From Octopus sinensis (lineage: Eukaryota), in the NCBI RefSeq assembly GCF_006345805.1, contig NW_021835527.1, forward strand, positions 1-39,370: a stretch of 39,370 nt of DNA. Reading direction: 5' to 3'. The position numbers and the translations under genes are program-made. Shown in pieces: positions 37,218 through 39,370 of this stretch (the stretch's first letter is position 1; every line of letters begins with the position of its first letter). The notes beneath the pieces are model-generated. The model was not told where the DNA came from. It saw only the letters and a list, made by a program, of their open reading frames with translations, and did no database searches.

Positions 37218-37550
37218 AGACGCAGGCATGGCTGTGTGGTTAAGAAGTTCGCTTTGCAACCACTTGTTTTGGGCTCAATTCCATTGTGCCACACCTTGGG
37301 CAAGTGTCTTCTGATATAGTCCAGGGCCGATCAATTGTTTGTGATTTAATTTAGTAGATGGCTACTACTTTGGAGGCCGTCGTAGATAAATATACGAGTG
37401 TGTGTGTGTGTGTGTGTGTGCGTGTGCGTGTGTGTGTGCTCCACCACACCGCTTGCTGGTTTGTTTATTTCCCCACAACCTAGCGGTTCGAAAACAGAGA
37501 ATGATAGAATAAATACCAGACGTGAGAATTAGTACTGGGGTTGATTTGAC
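37218..37550 (+). mobile_element. SINE family A, diverged
   Basis: GCAGGCATGGCTGTGTGGTTAAGAAG...CACCTTGGGCAAGTGTCTTCT...GATAGAATAAATACCAG. Confidence 0.88.
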
Positions 37551-37667
37551 ACAAATACAAAGCAAATGATATATGTTTCTTGACTTTCTTTTTGGAGTAG
37601 TGTGTAAAAAATGTCTTCCATTGTATGTAAGCATGTGTGTGTGTATGTATATATATATATATATATA

Positions 37668-37879
37668 TACTCTTTACTCTTTACTCTTTTGCTCTTTTAC
37701 TTGTTTCAGTCATTTGACTGCAGCACCACCTTTAGTCGTGCAAATCGACCCCAGGGCTTATTCTTTGTAAGCCTACTACTTATTCTATTGGTCTCTCTTG
37801 CCGAACCGCTAAGTTACGGGGACGTAAACACACCAGCATCGGTTGTCAAGCGGAGCTGGTAGGACAAACACAAACATAT

Positions 37880-37932
<53 letters not shown>

Positions 37933-38096
37933 TACGACGGCTTCTTTCAGTTTCCGTCAACCAAATCCACTCACAAGGCTTTGGTCGGCCCAAGGCTATA
38001 GTAGAAGACACTTCTCCAAGGTACCACACAGTGGGACTGAACCTAGAACCATGTTGTTGGTAAGCAAGCTACTTACCACACAGCCACTCCTGCGCC
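37668..38096 (-). mobile_element. SINE family A, young full-length copy
   Basis: Head nearly identical to 127-290; (GAGTAAA)n-type tail. Confidence 0.93.
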
Positions 38097-39254
38097 TATA
38101 GATGTGTGTGTGTGTGTGTATTTACAATATTATGGAGTCCCTACTCCAAAAGCATGTTCATTTTCAATGCCAGTAAATCAACTTAAATCAAACATTACTG
38201 AGCTGTCGAGAAATTAGTTCGTTTCTTTAATTCCGCATTCGATGATCTTAAGGAACAAAAAATAGCCGTCGTTCAAGAACTATGTATATTTCTGTAATCA
38301 AATTTAATATTTTGCCTAACCAAAGCAATTTCATAAATTGTTCTAAACGTCCTTGCTTGTTTTGAGACATTTAGTTAGCTTTTATTTCGTATGTTCTGAA
38401 TAATATGAAGTTTCCTTTGATAAGTTACAAGTTACTCTAGCGGTTGAAACAAATTGAGAAAGTATATTTTATATGTTGTATGAGCTCCAAGGTAATATGT
38501 CCTGTATATTTCATGCGATAATTCACAGTACAGGCTAAGAGTTAAGTACAGTTATAATCATTTTATTTTTAATGACATCTTCAAAAGCATTGCGTAGTAT
38601 TGGTTTGAGAATGTTCAGTTTTGCTGTAGAATATGTAGTTTTGTCCAAAACGATCCTTATTTTAATTAATTGCTTCAATTATTTTACTCCTAAATTGATA
38701 AAAAAAAATTTGTTTGCTAGGATAAATAAAATGGCATCGGTATACAACATACACAACCGGAAACAATATAGCCTGGCCCACATTTTAGATAGTGAGCGTT
38801 TTTATCGTTTTGCTCTTTTCATTTTAATCCCGTTTCTTGTTACTGAAATATGTTGCCGTCGAGGTCGAACATGAGCCTAACTTTTATGCAAGGCTTTCTT
38901 TGAGAACACCCACATAAATTTATGTTTTAGGGTTTCGCCCATCGCTGGAGAAAACTGGAAGAGTTTTTTGAAATGAGATGGTGTAAGATTAACAAAAGAA
39001 GAAAAGGAAAACTCACTAATGACAACATTAACAGAATTCAAAAGCAGAGACAGAAAAAGTACCTCCGAAGCCATATGCCAGGCCCTGTAGATGTACCTAT
39101 GGTGACACTCAATGAGGGAATGAGCCCTATGTAAGGACTTGGGGTTTCACACTGGTGCAACTGACAGAAAATGCAGGTGGAGGTTCCAAATGTTTATATT
39201 TCTTTCTCTGTCTTTCACACTCAGTCTCCTCTCTCCCCATCTCTCTGTCTGTCT

Positions 39255-39293
<39 letters not shown>

Positions 39294-39370
39294 TCTCTCG
39301 TTCTTACACACACACACACACACACACACATACACACTGACTCACATTTTTTTCTTTCTCTATTTTTCCC

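Overview
AT-rich, microsatellite-saturated animal genomic DNA. The repeat repertoire points to an octopod cephalopod (Octopus-like); this is an inference, not a database match. No host protein-coding gene is recognisable, and most ORFs in the track are translations of (CA)n, (TA)n, (TTA)n or (GATA)n tracts. The window is a graveyard of mobile elements. It holds three tRNA-derived SINE families (about 20 copies or fragments), three distinct R4/Dong-type RLE non-LTR retrotransposon fragments, Tx1/L1 and RTE fragments, two Penelope-like GIY-YIG fragments, two mariner and three maT-type (DD37D) Tc1/mariner relics, and a Helitron fragment. Most interesting: (1) a ~547-bp non-coding retroposon family that sits in (TAA)n tracts, has 5'-truncated copies, and has a head with colinear similarity to 5S rRNA (candidate SINE3 mobilised by a Dong/R4 enzyme); (2) an R4-clade fragment flanked by (CA)n on both sides (possible new target specificity); (3) a 4.3-kb nest where SINE (ATT)n tails appear to seed targets for TAA-specific elements; (4) an RTE insertion with a twin-priming-type inversion and a 12-bp TSD.
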